DNA from: a virus
Lineage: Duplodnaviria; Heunggongvirae; Uroviricota; Caudoviricetes
Strand: one strand, 5' to 3'
Virus record (IMG/VR): IMGVR_UViG_2795385584_000001
Coordinates: 21,334 to 85,333 of that record
DNA: 64,000 bases
Part shown: piece after piece, positions 54,179 to 62,956 of the stretch
How positions within the stretch are numbered: the first letter of the stretch is position 1
How the letters are laid out: each line of letters starts with the position of its first letter
Notes under the pieces: model-generated
What the model saw: the letters and a program-made list of their open reading frames with translations, nothing else
Database searches by the model: none
Told to the model about the DNA's origin: nothing
Position numbers and translations under genes: made by a program

Positions 54179-55396
54179 TTAGTTCTCCTTGCTGGTGTTG
54201 GTGTTCGTGAGCGCAGCGATGACGCCTGCCGCTTCTGACTCGGACAGGTCGTTGATGTCCGAGATGTCCCTGCCGATGACCGTCTTGAGGTAGGCCAGTG
54301 CGTCGGCAGCGGATTCCTTGGTGCGGAACGAGTACTTGGCGTTGGCGAGAAGGCCGCGGATAGTGCCGACGTCCTTCTTCGTGGCCAGGAAATCGCCGCA
54401 GCTGTTGACCTCTGCCGGGTCGTCCCCGTCAGATGTGCCGCTGCCGGGCGGCGGCGTGGGGTCACCACCGCCCGGCGCGGGGACCTCCTCGGCCCCGGGC
54501 TCTGTAGCACCCTCGCGCTCGGTAGCGCGCTGGTCGTCGGGTGCCAGATCACCGGTCGTAGATGCCTCGGGGTCCGTTTCTGGTTGCTTCTTCTCTGCTG
54601 CCGCTGCGGTGATTTCGTCGGCCAGTGACGATGCCGCGGCCGGGAATGCCTCGTTTTTGTCGAGACCGTCGCGGGTGATGGACGTGTAGGTGATGCCCAT
54701 CTGGGCGACGTCCCCTGCGTCCCAGGCCCCGCGCTTCTTTCCGATCCGGGCTTCCATCTGGGCCTCGGTGATGCCCAGCTGCTTGCGGAACTCGGTGACC
54801 ATCTTCTCGATGCGCTCACTGAGTGGGACGCCCTCGCCGTTTTCGAGGGTGGCGCGGCACCGGTTTTGTGCTTCCTCGGTGAACCACTTGGGCAGGATCG
54901 CGCTGATGCACTCGCGTACGGCGCGGGCGCCAGCGTTGTTGTTGTTATTGGTGATGTCGCCGAGGTCGGTCAGCTCCTCGCGGCGACCGCGGGCCATGCG
55001 GGCGTGAGGGACGATGAAGGTACGGGTGGCTCGGGTATTGGTTTGGACGTCCCACGCCCAGGCCAGGATCTCTGACTCTCCCCTGGTGTCGTCGCGGTGC
55101 AACTCGTTAACGCCGTACTGGACGTTGCCCCATACCCGGGCCAGCTCGCGCATCAGGTGAACAGACGGGCCGGTGCCACGGTTGGGTACCTGGTAGAACG
55201 CTTGGACCGCCATGGCCAAACGGCTGCACGCATCCCGCATCTCTGCCTCGGCGCGGTTGAGGTCACGCGGAATCTGTTGCGCGACAATGACAGCCGATTG
55301 CACCTCGGCGATAGCGCGGGACTGCTCCACAGACGTCGCCTGGCTGGTGGCGGTACGGGTGGGAGCGGATACAGGCTGGTAGGCGGTGACGGTCAC
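54179..55396 (-). CDS. RecT-like single-strand annealing protein
   Basis: Downstream of a PD-(D/E)xK exonuclease with GTGA overlap; acidic low-complexity C-terminus. Confidence 0.5.
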   Translation of the reverse strand: MTVTAYQPVSAPTRTATSQATSVEQSRAIAEVQSAVIVAQQIPRDLNRAEAEMRDACSRLAMAVQAFYQVPNRGTGPSVHLMRELARVWGNVQYGVNELHRDDTRGESEILAWAWDVQTNTRATRTFIVPHARMARGRREELTDLGDITNNNNNAGARAVRECISAILPKWFTEEAQNRCRATLENGEGVPLSERIEKMVTEFRKQLGITEAQMEARIGKKRGAWDAGDVAQMGITYTSITRDGLDKNEAFPAAASSLADEITAAAAEKKQPETDPEASTTGDLAPDDQRATEREGATEPGAEEVPAPGGGDPTPPPGSGTSDGDDPAEVNSCGDFLATKKDVGTIRGLLANAKYSFRTKESAADALAYLKTVIGRDISDINDLSESEAAGVIAALTNTNTSKEN

Positions 55397-56292
55397 TGGT
55401 CTAGGTCTCCTTCTTGGCTGTAGACGGCATAGTTGGGTAGGGATACGGGGTGGATGCCCTGGCCGTAGTCCGGCCAGTGGTCGTTGGCGACGCATCGGGC
55501 GTAGAGGTCGATGGCCCTGCGGTTACGGCGGCGGCCAAGGTCGACGGCCTGCGGGTCAAGTTCCATGACGGACACCAGGTATGGGGCGTCCTTCGACTGG
55601 ACGATGAATACGAACGCGGCATCATCCGAGATTTCAGCGGCGGCAAGTCCGTCGAGGTACCAGGGAACCTGTTGGTGGTATCCGTATTCGGCTGCGGCCT
55701 TGGCGAAGTGAGCGGGGCTGGCACTGGTGCTCGTTTTGTAGTCGACGACAACGAGACGTCCGCGGCCGGGGTTGGGCAGCCAGTCAGGCCGGAAGCGGAG
55801 CCGGACACCGGTTTCTGGGTCGTGCCAGTACCCGGACAACTCCGGGGTGCCATCTGCCAGCAGTGCGGCGGCCAGTGGGTGTTCACGGACCTTCGCCGCC
55901 ATCGCCCGGGCCTTGGTGTCCTCGTCAACGCTCATGGGTACCTGGCCGCGCTGGCGTGCCTCGTCGACGGCCTGCTGCCACATGGCGGTGTGTGTCGGCG
56001 CCTTGGACCGTGTGCCGTCCTTGTTCAATCCGTGCACCGCGGGGTCCAAGACTGCGATCTCGCTGCCTTCGCCCAGCACGTACTTGTGTGCAGCGTGCCC
56101 AAAGTCGTACTGCTTCTTCGGCTTCGGCGGCTGCTGTTGCTCGTGGTGAAAGATCGCCGGGCAGGACGGTGACAGCAGGGAACGTGCACCTGATGACGAC
56201 AGGCTGGCTCGGTCGGCGTGGTACGCCTCGTCGGGGATACCGGCGTACACGCCGTCCACGGCGGGTATCAGCTTCACGTCGGCGGCGGTCAT
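55393..56292 (-). CDS. PD-(D/E)xK (YqaJ/RecE-like) exonuclease
   Basis: VVVDYKTS catalytic motif; upstream of RecT. Confidence 0.55.
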   Translation of the reverse strand: MTAADVKLIPAVDGVYAGIPDEAYHADRASLSSSGARSLLSPSCPAIFHHEQQQPPKPKKQYDFGHAAHKYVLGEGSEIAVLDPAVHGLNKDGTRSKAPTHTAMWQQAVDEARQRGQVPMSVDEDTKARAMAAKVREHPLAAALLADGTPELSGYWHDPETGVRLRFRPDWLPNPGRGRLVVVDYKTSTSASPAHFAKAAAEYGYHQQVPWYLDGLAAAEISDDAAFVFIVQSKDAPYLVSVMELDPQAVDLGRRRNRRAIDLYARCVANDHWPDYGQGIHPVSLPNYAVYSQEGDLDQ

Positions 56293-56639
56293 GCGTTGCG
56301 GCCCTTCGGTAGGTAGTTGTCGTGCAGGTAGATGTCGTGCAGCGGTAGCGCGATGGGGGTGTCGTATAGGTCCTGGCCGTGAGTGAGGGTGAGTCCGACT
56401 GCTTCGGCGTCCGCCGGGTTGGTGGTGACCCAGTGGTGGCAGTCGCGGCACAGGTGCACGATGTTGGCGGGGTGCCAGCCACCGCCCTGTGAACGATTGC
56501 GGCGGTGGTGCATGTCAGTCCCGTGCTGCTTGCCACACCACTCGCACCAGCCCATTGACCGGCCCTTGACGTGTTCACGGGTCAGGTCTTCGTTCCACTC
56601 GGTGATGTACGGCTCTGCCCAGATGTCGTCGGTTGTCAC
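56289..56639 (-). CDS. HNH endonuclease
   Basis: CEWCG...HHRRNRSQGG...NIVHLCRDCHHW. Confidence 0.65.
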   Translation of the reverse strand: MTTDDIWAEPYITEWNEDLTREHVKGRSMGWCEWCGKQHGTDMHHRRNRSQGGGWHPANIVHLCRDCHHWVTTNPADAEAVGLTLTHGQDLYDTPIALPLHDIYLHDNYLPKGRNA

Positions 56640-56821
56640 GCTGCGGCGCGCCGTTCCCAAAGGTGTTTGACGCGTGGGGTCCACGGCTCGCAAATCTCGA
56701 ACCTGTACCCCGACATGGGGCAGCGCGCGATGCCGTGTGGGTCGTGGTGTGTGAGGACGTTGCCGTTGGGTGTGCGGAACACGGTTGCACCGCATACTGG
56801 GCAGCGTCGCCGCGCGCTCAT
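56636..56821 (-). CDS. zinc-ribbon protein (61 aa)
   Basis: CPVCG...ARCP. Confidence 0.3.
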   Translation of the reverse strand: MSARRRCPVCGATVFRTPNGNVLTHHDPHGIARCPMSGYRFEICEPWTPRVKHLWERRAAA

Positions 56822-57026
56822 TCGTCGTCACCGGGGGCCTCGCGAAGCACTTTGTCTCGTACCCACTTACGGGCTGCGGCGCGCGCAGCGGTGGTGGTTG
56901 GGAACGGTCCCGGGTGAAAGTGCACGTTGCCCTTGTTGGAGAGCCAGCGCCAGCTCCAACCGGTGCCGTCGTTGCGTTTCTGGGTGGTTATGGCACCCGG
57001 TAGCGGCTTGGCCTTCTTGCGTGCTG

Positions 57027-57812
57027 TCATGCCGCTATGCCCTTCTTGCGTAGCCGCTTGAGCCGTGCTTCGACGGATTCCGTTGTGACTCCCATGCGTT
57101 CGGCGATCTGGTCGTTGGACAATCCGAGGTCGAGGTAGTCGCGGTAGAGGTCGATCCATACGACCTGTCCTCCGCGGATGTGGGCCGTTGCGGCGGGGTC
57201 GTCGATTTCGGTGTCGTCCCATGCCACCGGCGGCGGCCATCCCCTCTGCGTGGCGATGCGCCGTGCGACGTTGGAAGGACCTGGTACTTCCTGTAACTCG
57301 CGGTACAGGGCGTCGATCTCTCGGGCGCGGGACACCGTGACCTTCTTGACGGCGCCGGTTGCGACCTTGGACAGGCGGCCGGGGTGTAGCCCGAGGCGCA
57401 CCGAGAGGTGCTGCTGCGACCATCCGACAGCGGAGAGGGCGAGAACGCGGCGCCGTGAACCGGTGGCATCTATCCGCGCGCCAGCGGCCATCTGTGGCCC
57501 AAACGGACACACGGGCACCGGTATAGCGAGGATTGCGGCGCGGGTGGTTCGTTTCACCAGGCGCTGGTCTTCCCGGGTCAGGAAGTCGATGGCCCGGTGG
57601 GTAACTCCGGCAAGTTCCGCGATCCGGGATATGCCGACCCCCGCCGCCATCAGGGCGAGGACGCGGGTGCGGGTGTCGTCCGCTGGTACGTGCAGCGGGC
57701 TCCAGCGGCCGTCGGAGACAGCGAGGCGCCGGTACTTGGCGTAGTGAGTCGGGCACAGTCCGCGGGCCTGTACCAACTCGGTGCAGTTGGGCCGGGTGCA
57801 TTCCTTCCTCAT
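57027..57812 (-). CDS. multi-HTH DNA-binding protein with N-terminal Cys/His zinc motif
   Basis: CTRPNCTELVQARGLCPTHY; several HTH-like segments (GISRIAELAGVTHRAID; LSNDQIAERMGVTTESVEARLKRLRKKG). Confidence 0.4.
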   Translation of the reverse strand: MRKECTRPNCTELVQARGLCPTHYAKYRRLAVSDGRWSPLHVPADDTRTRVLALMAAGVGISRIAELAGVTHRAIDFLTREDQRLVKRTTRAAILAIPVPVCPFGPQMAAGARIDATGSRRRVLALSAVGWSQQHLSVRLGLHPGRLSKVATGAVKKVTVSRAREIDALYRELQEVPGPSNVARRIATQRGWPPPVAWDDTEIDDPAATAHIRGGQVVWIDLYRDYLDLGLSNDQIAERMGVTTESVEARLKRLRKKGIAA

Positions 57813-58063
57813 GACGCGCGGTTCCTACGGCGCGCCTTGCGGGCCGCGCGGTTCCGGCGGCGCCGACGCTGGACCTCGTCAGCGGGCACTGTCCCGGCGT
57901 AGGTGTTGGCCTGTCGTTGCAGTCCCAGGAAGACGGCGTACCCGAGAGTGTTGGAATTGGCGGCTGCTTGCTTCCGGAGCCGCTCCATGGGAGACAACTT
58001 GCTCGTGGCGATCTCGATGTTCTTGCTCACCAGTTGGTTGTGGCGTGCGACGGGGTCGTTCAT
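57809..58063 (-). CDS. small protein with Arg-rich C-terminus
   Basis: Start MNDPVARHNQ. Confidence 0.3.
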   Translation of the reverse strand: MNDPVARHNQLVSKNIEIATSKLSPMERLRKQAAANSNTLGYAVFLGLQRQANTYAGTVPADEVQRRRRRNRAARKARRRNRAS

Positions 58064-58632
58064 TGGTCCTTCCCTGGGTAGAGGCGGCGGAAGCATTCGA
58101 CGGTCGCGCGGGCGTCTCCCAGCGCGGTGTGCTCGGCCTCATTGGTGACGCCAAGTAGTTGGCACACCCCAGCGAGGCCGGGTATGTCGTCGGGTGGGAT
58201 GTTGAGAGTGCCTGCGGCGTAGGCGCATACGTCTGCTAGACGGTGATGCCATGGCGCCTCTACGCGAGTGCTGGCACCGGGTAGCCGCGGTTCCAGCTGG
58301 AGTAGCCACTCGTAGCCGATCAGCAGCATGTCGGCGTCAAATCGAGGGTTTGCGCCTGCCAGGGTCTGCCCTTGTAGCAGCTCGAAAACGTCTTGGTAGC
58401 AGCGGATTGACGTGTCGCGGTCAAGCTGGTCCTTGTACAGGCCCTGCTCGTAGTACATGTTGATCCGCATGGCTTCCCGGTCTGCCTTGCCCAGCTCATC
58501 TCCGGTGATGAAGGGCACGAAGCGGATTTCGCGCCCGGTCTTGAGGTTCACAGCCGCCACTTCGACTGGGAGGTGGATATTCCGGTCTAGTCCGGTTGTT
58601 TCCAGGTCGACGACCCACACGTCACGGCTCAC
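58060..58632 (-). CDS. DnaQ-like DEDDh 3'-5' exonuclease
   Basis: VVDLETTGL (Exo I) and HTALGDARAT (Exo III). Confidence 0.65.
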   Translation of the reverse strand: MSRDVWVVDLETTGLDRNIHLPVEVAAVNLKTGREIRFVPFITGDELGKADREAMRINMYYEQGLYKDQLDRDTSIRCYQDVFELLQGQTLAGANPRFDADMLLIGYEWLLQLEPRLPGASTRVEAPWHHRLADVCAYAAGTLNIPPDDIPGLAGVCQLLGVTNEAEHTALGDARATVECFRRLYPGKDQ

Positions 58633-58927
58633 GCTGACCTCCAGCGGGCGGCCTTGGTGTACAGGTCGATGAGTGGCTGATGCCATGGGCAGTAGGCAGA
58701 TACGGAGAGGGCGATGACGCGTCCGGCGGCCTGGTCGGTGAACCCGCGCTGGTTGAGGGCCTGTCCGATGCTGTTGATGCCGTGGAATGTTGGGTCGGCG
58801 CCGACGATGACGCAGACTGCGCCGCCGATGTCGTTGGCGACGTCGTTGACCCGGTCGGCCGATGCTGGCGCTGCGGTCGCGAGCGCCAGCACGGCGGCCA
58901 TAGCCACGGTGGGAAGTCGGCGCATCA
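58629..58927 (-). CDS. small secreted protein (DUF732-like)
   Basis: Signal peptide MMRRLPTVAMAAVLALATAAPASA; two Cys. Confidence 0.45.
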
Positions 58928-59541
58928 TGCTGCGGCCTCCACCAGCGCCACGAGGTCGCGTACTCGGGGCACCCGGTCCCCGTAGATGTCTGGATACTCG
59001 TCGGCCCGCCGTAGATAGCTGTCGAGCGCGCCTCGGAATCCCTCGCGTTCTTCGGTGGTGAGCACCGACCACTCATCCGGCAGGGCCACGGCGGCGTCGC
59101 CATAGATCGCGTTGCTTCCGAGGTTGCCCCCGGGGTCGGTGATCACGGACATACTGGCCCGGCGGTCGTAGAAGGCGGCCTTGTAGAAGACGCTGACGCG
59201 TTCTACGCCGCGGTCGTCGACGATGGTTGAGTGCATGGCGTGTTCGCTGCCCTTGCGTGACCACCCCTGCGGGAGGGTGACGTGGACGAACAGCGGGTCA
59301 GCCTCGACACTTTCGCCGCGTTGGAATCCCCACTGTTCCAGAACATCCCAGCCATTGATGCCGAGCATTCCGTCGCCCTCGCCTGACCACACCCGCCCGG
59401 CGTTGGCAGGGAGTAGGTCGGATTTGAGGAGCTGCTGTTGCCCGGACTGCTCCATGCCCTCGATGTAGTTGGAGGTGTTGCCGTCCAGGCAGCCGACCAG
59501 ATGTTCGATGGGGTGGCGTTGCGAGGTGTTTTCAATCATGC
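58925..59541 (-). CDS. hypothetical protein
   Basis: Probable start MIENTSQRHP. Confidence 0.3.
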
Positions 59542-59716
59542 TGCTGCACCCCAGATTTCGGCCGGGCTGCCGTGCCTGGCGGTCAGCTCGTCCCAGATTG
59601 GGTTGGGGCTCGGCGGCACCGGAGGTGGTGTTGGTTGGACACCGAATAGGGCGCGGCGCCACCACTTGGTTTCACGTATGGGCATGGCTGTCTCCTCGTG
59701 CTGAGTAGGTGGTTGA

Positions 59717-60073
59717 TCAGGTGAGTGCTAGCTGTTGGCTGCCGCCGAGGCGGTAGTGCATTTCCGCGACCCCGTTAGGGGTTAGGTAAATCTGTTTGGG
59801 TCGTTCTTTGGTTTGCCCTGTGGGCGTTTGGTATTCGCCTCCGTCATGGAGTGCGAGGTAGCCGAGCGTTACGGCTTCGGCGTAGGCGATCCATCGGTGG
59901 TCACGGCCGCGGAAGATCCAGTCCTCGTCCTCCATGGCGTCGAATAGCTGGTCGCGGCCGATACTGATGGACGGGTCAAGGGATAGCAGGCGCGCGGCCT
60001 CGGCGACGGTGTGGTCGCCGGTGATGTCGACGAGATGCATTGGCAGCTCGGGGCGTTCGTGGATGCGCGCCAT
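59717..60073 (-). CDS. hypothetical protein
   Basis: Start MARIHERPEL. Confidence 0.3.
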   Translation of the reverse strand: MARIHERPELPMHLVDITGDHTVAEAARLLSLDPSISIGRDQLFDAMEDEDWIFRGRDHRWIAYAEAVTLGYLALHDGGEYQTPTGQTKERPKQIYLTPNGVAEMHYRLGGSQQLALT

Positions 60074-60169
60074 GTCATCACCGGGCCGCCATGACACTGG
60101 CCATCAAGACGGCGCCGATGAATGCGCCGAACAGGAGCATCCAGACAAGCGGTACGACTACCTCGCGGA

Positions 60170-61033
60170 TCACCGGAGTACTTCCTGGGCCGGTGCGCCG
60201 ACGAGCTGCGGGAAGTTGGTCTTGTTCCAGCCTCCCTTGGGCTGCTGCAACCGGGCCACGTGGTGGTCGGATAGCCAGTGGTTGAAGGCGGCGACGAAAT
60301 AGCCGATGGCCTCGGCGTCGGGCATCTTGAAGCCTTCACCGCGGATGCGATCAAACCTGTTGCGCAGTGCAAGGATTGGCGATCCGATTTCGAGGCCAAC
60401 GCCGTCGAGGGTGCGTTGGAAGAATTCTGAGGTGACCTCCACGCCGTGGATGCGTCCGATGCCTGCGTAGACGGCCATGATGAGTCCGCGGCGCGCCTTG
60501 ATGCGCGTGTAGTGGGTGCCGCGCCTGATCAACTCAAAGGTGTCGGGGTTGGCAAGGCTCCACTCGACAATCTCAGAGCTGGTGACCGAGCCGGTGGCGC
60601 GGTCGGTATAGAACCAGCCGCGCTCCCAGATGATCAGCGTCTTGACGGCCGAAGCGTCGGACTTGGAGGCGGTGATGCCGGACAGGTTGAGTTGGTCGCT
60701 GGGTGACCGTTTGGTGCCCTGGTCCATGGTGATCTGGGTTTCCGGCGGCAGGTTGCGGATTACGACCGAGTCGATGGATACACCGCACAGGGAGATCGCG
60801 TGGAGGCGGTGTTGGCCGTCCAGCAGGGCGCCTGCGGTATCGAATTTGATTGCCTCGCCGTTCATCTGCCAACGGCCTGCCTCCATGTCGGCGGCCAGCT
60901 GGATGACCTTGCGCTCGTTGAGGGGCCGGTTGTGGGTGTTGAACTTGAGGTATTCGTCGGCGGTCGTGCCGTCGATGGTTTCGATGTCCGTCGTGATGGC
61001 CGGGGGCCGGTGCAGCGGTATAGCATTCGACAT
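60170..61033 (-). CDS. ParB-like nuclease domain protein
   Basis: LLDGQHRL ParB/Srx motif. Confidence 0.65.
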   Translation of the reverse strand: MSNAIPLHRPPAITTDIETIDGTTADEYLKFNTHNRPLNERKVIQLAADMEAGRWQMNGEAIKFDTAGALLDGQHRLHAISLCGVSIDSVVIRNLPPETQITMDQGTKRSPSDQLNLSGITASKSDASAVKTLIIWERGWFYTDRATGSVTSSEIVEWSLANPDTFELIRRGTHYTRIKARRGLIMAVYAGIGRIHGVEVTSEFFQRTLDGVGLEIGSPILALRNRFDRIRGEGFKMPDAEAIGYFVAAFNHWLSDHHVARLQQPKGGWNKTNFPQLVGAPAQEVLR

Positions 61034-61053
61034 GAAGCAACTCCTTGTTGTGG

Positions 61054-61953
61054 TTACGAGGGGAACTTCTCGATGACGCGTTGCAGCGCGTCTCGTGCGC
61101 GGACCAGGTCGCTCTTGCGTAGGGCGAGTTGGTCCGCGTTCTTGTCGAAGCGGTCGTCAGCCGCCAGTGCCTCTACCCGCTTCACCGCCTTCGTGACTGC
61201 CGTGGTGGCGTCGTCGAAGGAGTCTGTAATCGGCTTCCGGCGCGCCGGGGCGGGCGCGGTCTCGGGCTCCAGATCGTCTTGCTCAGGGCATTGGTCGTGT
61301 ATGACGCCGAACTCGTCGAACCGCTCGCGGTCCTCTTGGGTGGCGTTGTCGTACAGGTCGGCTCGGGCACCGCAGTGGCAGATGGCGAAGGACGTGAGCT
61401 GTGGCTCGACGCCGTCGGCTTGGGGTGCGTTGTGCACGACTGAGTACCCGTCGCCGGAAATGAGTAGCGACGGGGTCAGTGGTGGCCCGGAGGCCGTCCC
61501 GCCGTGGGGCAAGGGGGCGGTCTCCGGGTGGTCTTCGGTTGTGGGGAGGTCTGGCACGACGGCCAGGTGAGGGCGAGCGGGCTGGGTAGACGCGTAGGTC
61601 TTGCCGTCGGTGCCCATGACCGCCGCAGGTGCGGCAGATGCCGCGCCTGACAGGTCGCGGCGGACGGTGCGGTCATCGACCCCTATTGCGGAGCCGATGG
61701 CACGTGTGGACAGGCCGAGGTCGCGCAGGGACTGCACTACCTCGCCGCGGGTCTCGCGGGGGAGCTTGAACCAGGTGGACCCGAACTCGCGTTCGCAGTA
61801 GACGTCCCAGGTCGGGTATCCGAGGACCGCCCAGGCGCGGTCTGTGTATGCCTTGGCGATGAGGTCCCAGGTGCGGTCAATGGTGGCGCGGATGCGCTCG
61901 GTGAGGTCACGAGCGGCCGATGGGGACATGGCGGTGGCCGCGATGGTGCTCAT
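61054..61953 (-). CDS. HTH DNA-binding protein
   Basis: LGLSTRAIGSAIGVDDRTVRRDL HTH. Confidence 0.4.
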   Translation of the reverse strand: MSTIAATAMSPSAARDLTERIRATIDRTWDLIAKAYTDRAWAVLGYPTWDVYCEREFGSTWFKLPRETRGEVVQSLRDLGLSTRAIGSAIGVDDRTVRRDLSGAASAAPAAVMGTDGKTYASTQPARPHLAVVPDLPTTEDHPETAPLPHGGTASGPPLTPSLLISGDGYSVVHNAPQADGVEPQLTSFAICHCGARADLYDNATQEDRERFDEFGVIHDQCPEQDDLEPETAPAPARRKPITDSFDDATTAVTKAVKRVEALAADDRFDKNADQLALRKSDLVRARDALQRVIEKFPS

Positions 61954-62183
61954 GAGGCGGCCTGGGCGTAGTCGTTGAGGTCGCGGGTGGCCTGGCGTGC
62001 CTGTGCGTATAGGCGGACGGCCTGGTGGTCGAGCAGGTAGGTCTTGCCGACGAGTCGGGCGGGGATGCGGCCGGACACGGCGAGTGCCTGAAGAGTCCGT
62101 TTGGAGACGTCATACAAGGTGGCGGCCTTGCTGACCGTGATCTCGTCGGAGGCGGTGCTCGACTCATCGGGGCGTGCGGGCAT
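61950..62183 (-). CDS. Cro/excisionase-like HTH protein, divergent from repressor
   Basis: VSKAATLYDVSKRTLQALAVSGRIPARLVGKTYL Xis/MerR-type HTH; ATG at 62183. Confidence 0.5.
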   Translation of the reverse strand: MPARPDESSTASDEITVSKAATLYDVSKRTLQALAVSGRIPARLVGKTYLLDHQAVRLYAQARQATRDLNDYAQAAS

Positions 62184-62336
62184 GCGCCTATCTTGCGCAT
62201 ATTCGCAAACTGCACGCAAGTGCCCCGTCTGAGATTTGTGCAGATAGGAACTATTTAGCGTTTAGCTAGCAAGCATCCAGGGTTTGCGGATGGTTGCAGT
62301 TATGCCCACTTGCGGCTGTGCGCGTACGCGCATACC
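62184..62336. promoter_or_regulatory. divergent promoter/operator region of the immunity switch
   Basis: Near-palindrome ttgcgcatattcgcaa; 12-bp palindrome gcgcgtacgcgc; repeated TGCGCA(A)TAT. Confidence 0.4.
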
Positions 62337-62645
62337 ATGCGCAATATGACTGCTGCATTCGAATCGGGAAATATCCCCCCGAGCCGCCTGCGACACCGCT
62401 TACGGATCGCACGCGAGGAGGCGCAACTAGATCAGCACCAACTAGCCGAACTCATGGGAGTCGGACGGTCGGTGGTTGGCAATTGCGAGAGCGGACGGAC
62501 GGTGCCGAAGAAGATCGTCGTCAACGCTTGGGCATTGGCCTGCGGCGTGCCAGCAAGTTGGCTAGCCACGGGCGAAGGTGAGCAGCCGCCGGAAGATGAC
62601 GGTCCTGTGGTGCGCCCGAAGGGATTCGAACCCCTAACCTTCTGA
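62337..62645 (+). CDS. XRE-family immunity repressor; C-terminal ~12 codons lie inside the tRNA-Arg 3' end
   Basis: HTH QHQLAELMGVGRSVVGNCESG; last codons (VVRPKGFEPLTF) and stop lie within tRNA-Arg sequence. Confidence 0.6.
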   Translation: MRNMTAAFESGNIPPSRLRHRLRIAREEAQLDQHQLAELMGVGRSVVGNCESGRTVPKKIVVNAWALACGVPASWLATGEGEQPPEDDGPVVRPKGFEPLTF

Positions 62646-62683
62646 TCCGTAGTCAGATGCTCTATCCGTTGAGCTACGGGCGC
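62608..62683 (-). tRNA. tRNA-Arg (anticodon ACG), CCA encoded
   Basis: Cloverleaf by eye: acceptor GCGCCCG, D-arm GCTC..GAGC, anticodon loop CTACGGA, T-arm AGGGG-TTCGAAT-CCCTT, ACCA. Confidence 0.85.
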
Positions 62684-62732
62684 TTACTATTCAATTGTTG
62701 CAGGTCAACAGGTTTGGCCTGCAGACCGACGC

Positions 62733-62820
62733 GGAGGCGAGAGGATTTGAACCTCCGGTCCCCCGTAAAGGGGACAACTCATTAGCAGTGAGTCCCATTC
62801 GGCCGCTCTGGCACGCCTCC
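62733..62820 (-). tRNA. tRNA-Ser (anticodon GCT), long variable arm
   Basis: Acceptor GGAGGCG, anticodon loop CTGCTAA, long variable arm, T-arm GGAGG-TTCAAAT-CCTCT. Confidence 0.8.
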
Positions 62821-62956
62821 TGAACTTCCTGAGCGGGACTCCGGACCCATAAAAATGGATCCCGAACCGCCGAGGGCACAGAGTACAGGGCCGCGCGCCC
62901 CAAAGGCAAAGCCGTTGGTCGTCATCGGGCCCCACGTGCCCCGATAGTCTGGTCAC

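Larger units (their letters stand above)
1..62650 (-). mobile_element. Integrated siphovirus-like prophage (partial; left end beyond window), inserted at the 3' end of tRNA-Arg
   Basis: Contiguous minus-strand phage modules (early/recombination, terminase, portal, protease, capsid, tail, tape measure, minor tail). Right boundary inferred where the repressor ORF reads into the tRNA-Arg 3' end. Confidence 0.8.

Noticed and set aside
56818-57801. 327-aa Arg/Pro-rich minus-strand ORF
   Set aside because: Alternate frame of the 57027-57812 HTH gene; composition typical of out-of-frame GC-rich translation.
60078-60164. Possible 20-31-aa hydrophobic peptide ORF between the ParB-like gene and 59717-60073
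   Set aside because: Overlaps the likely N-terminal extension frame of the neighbouring gene; too short and unsupported.
62700-62726. Hairpin gcagg-N13-cctgc between the two host tRNA genes resembling the gcagg...cctgc T-arm-like stem of Y-like unit 1
   Set aside because: Short 5-bp stem; similarity is probably coincidental. Most simply a spacer/terminator hairpin between tRNA genes.
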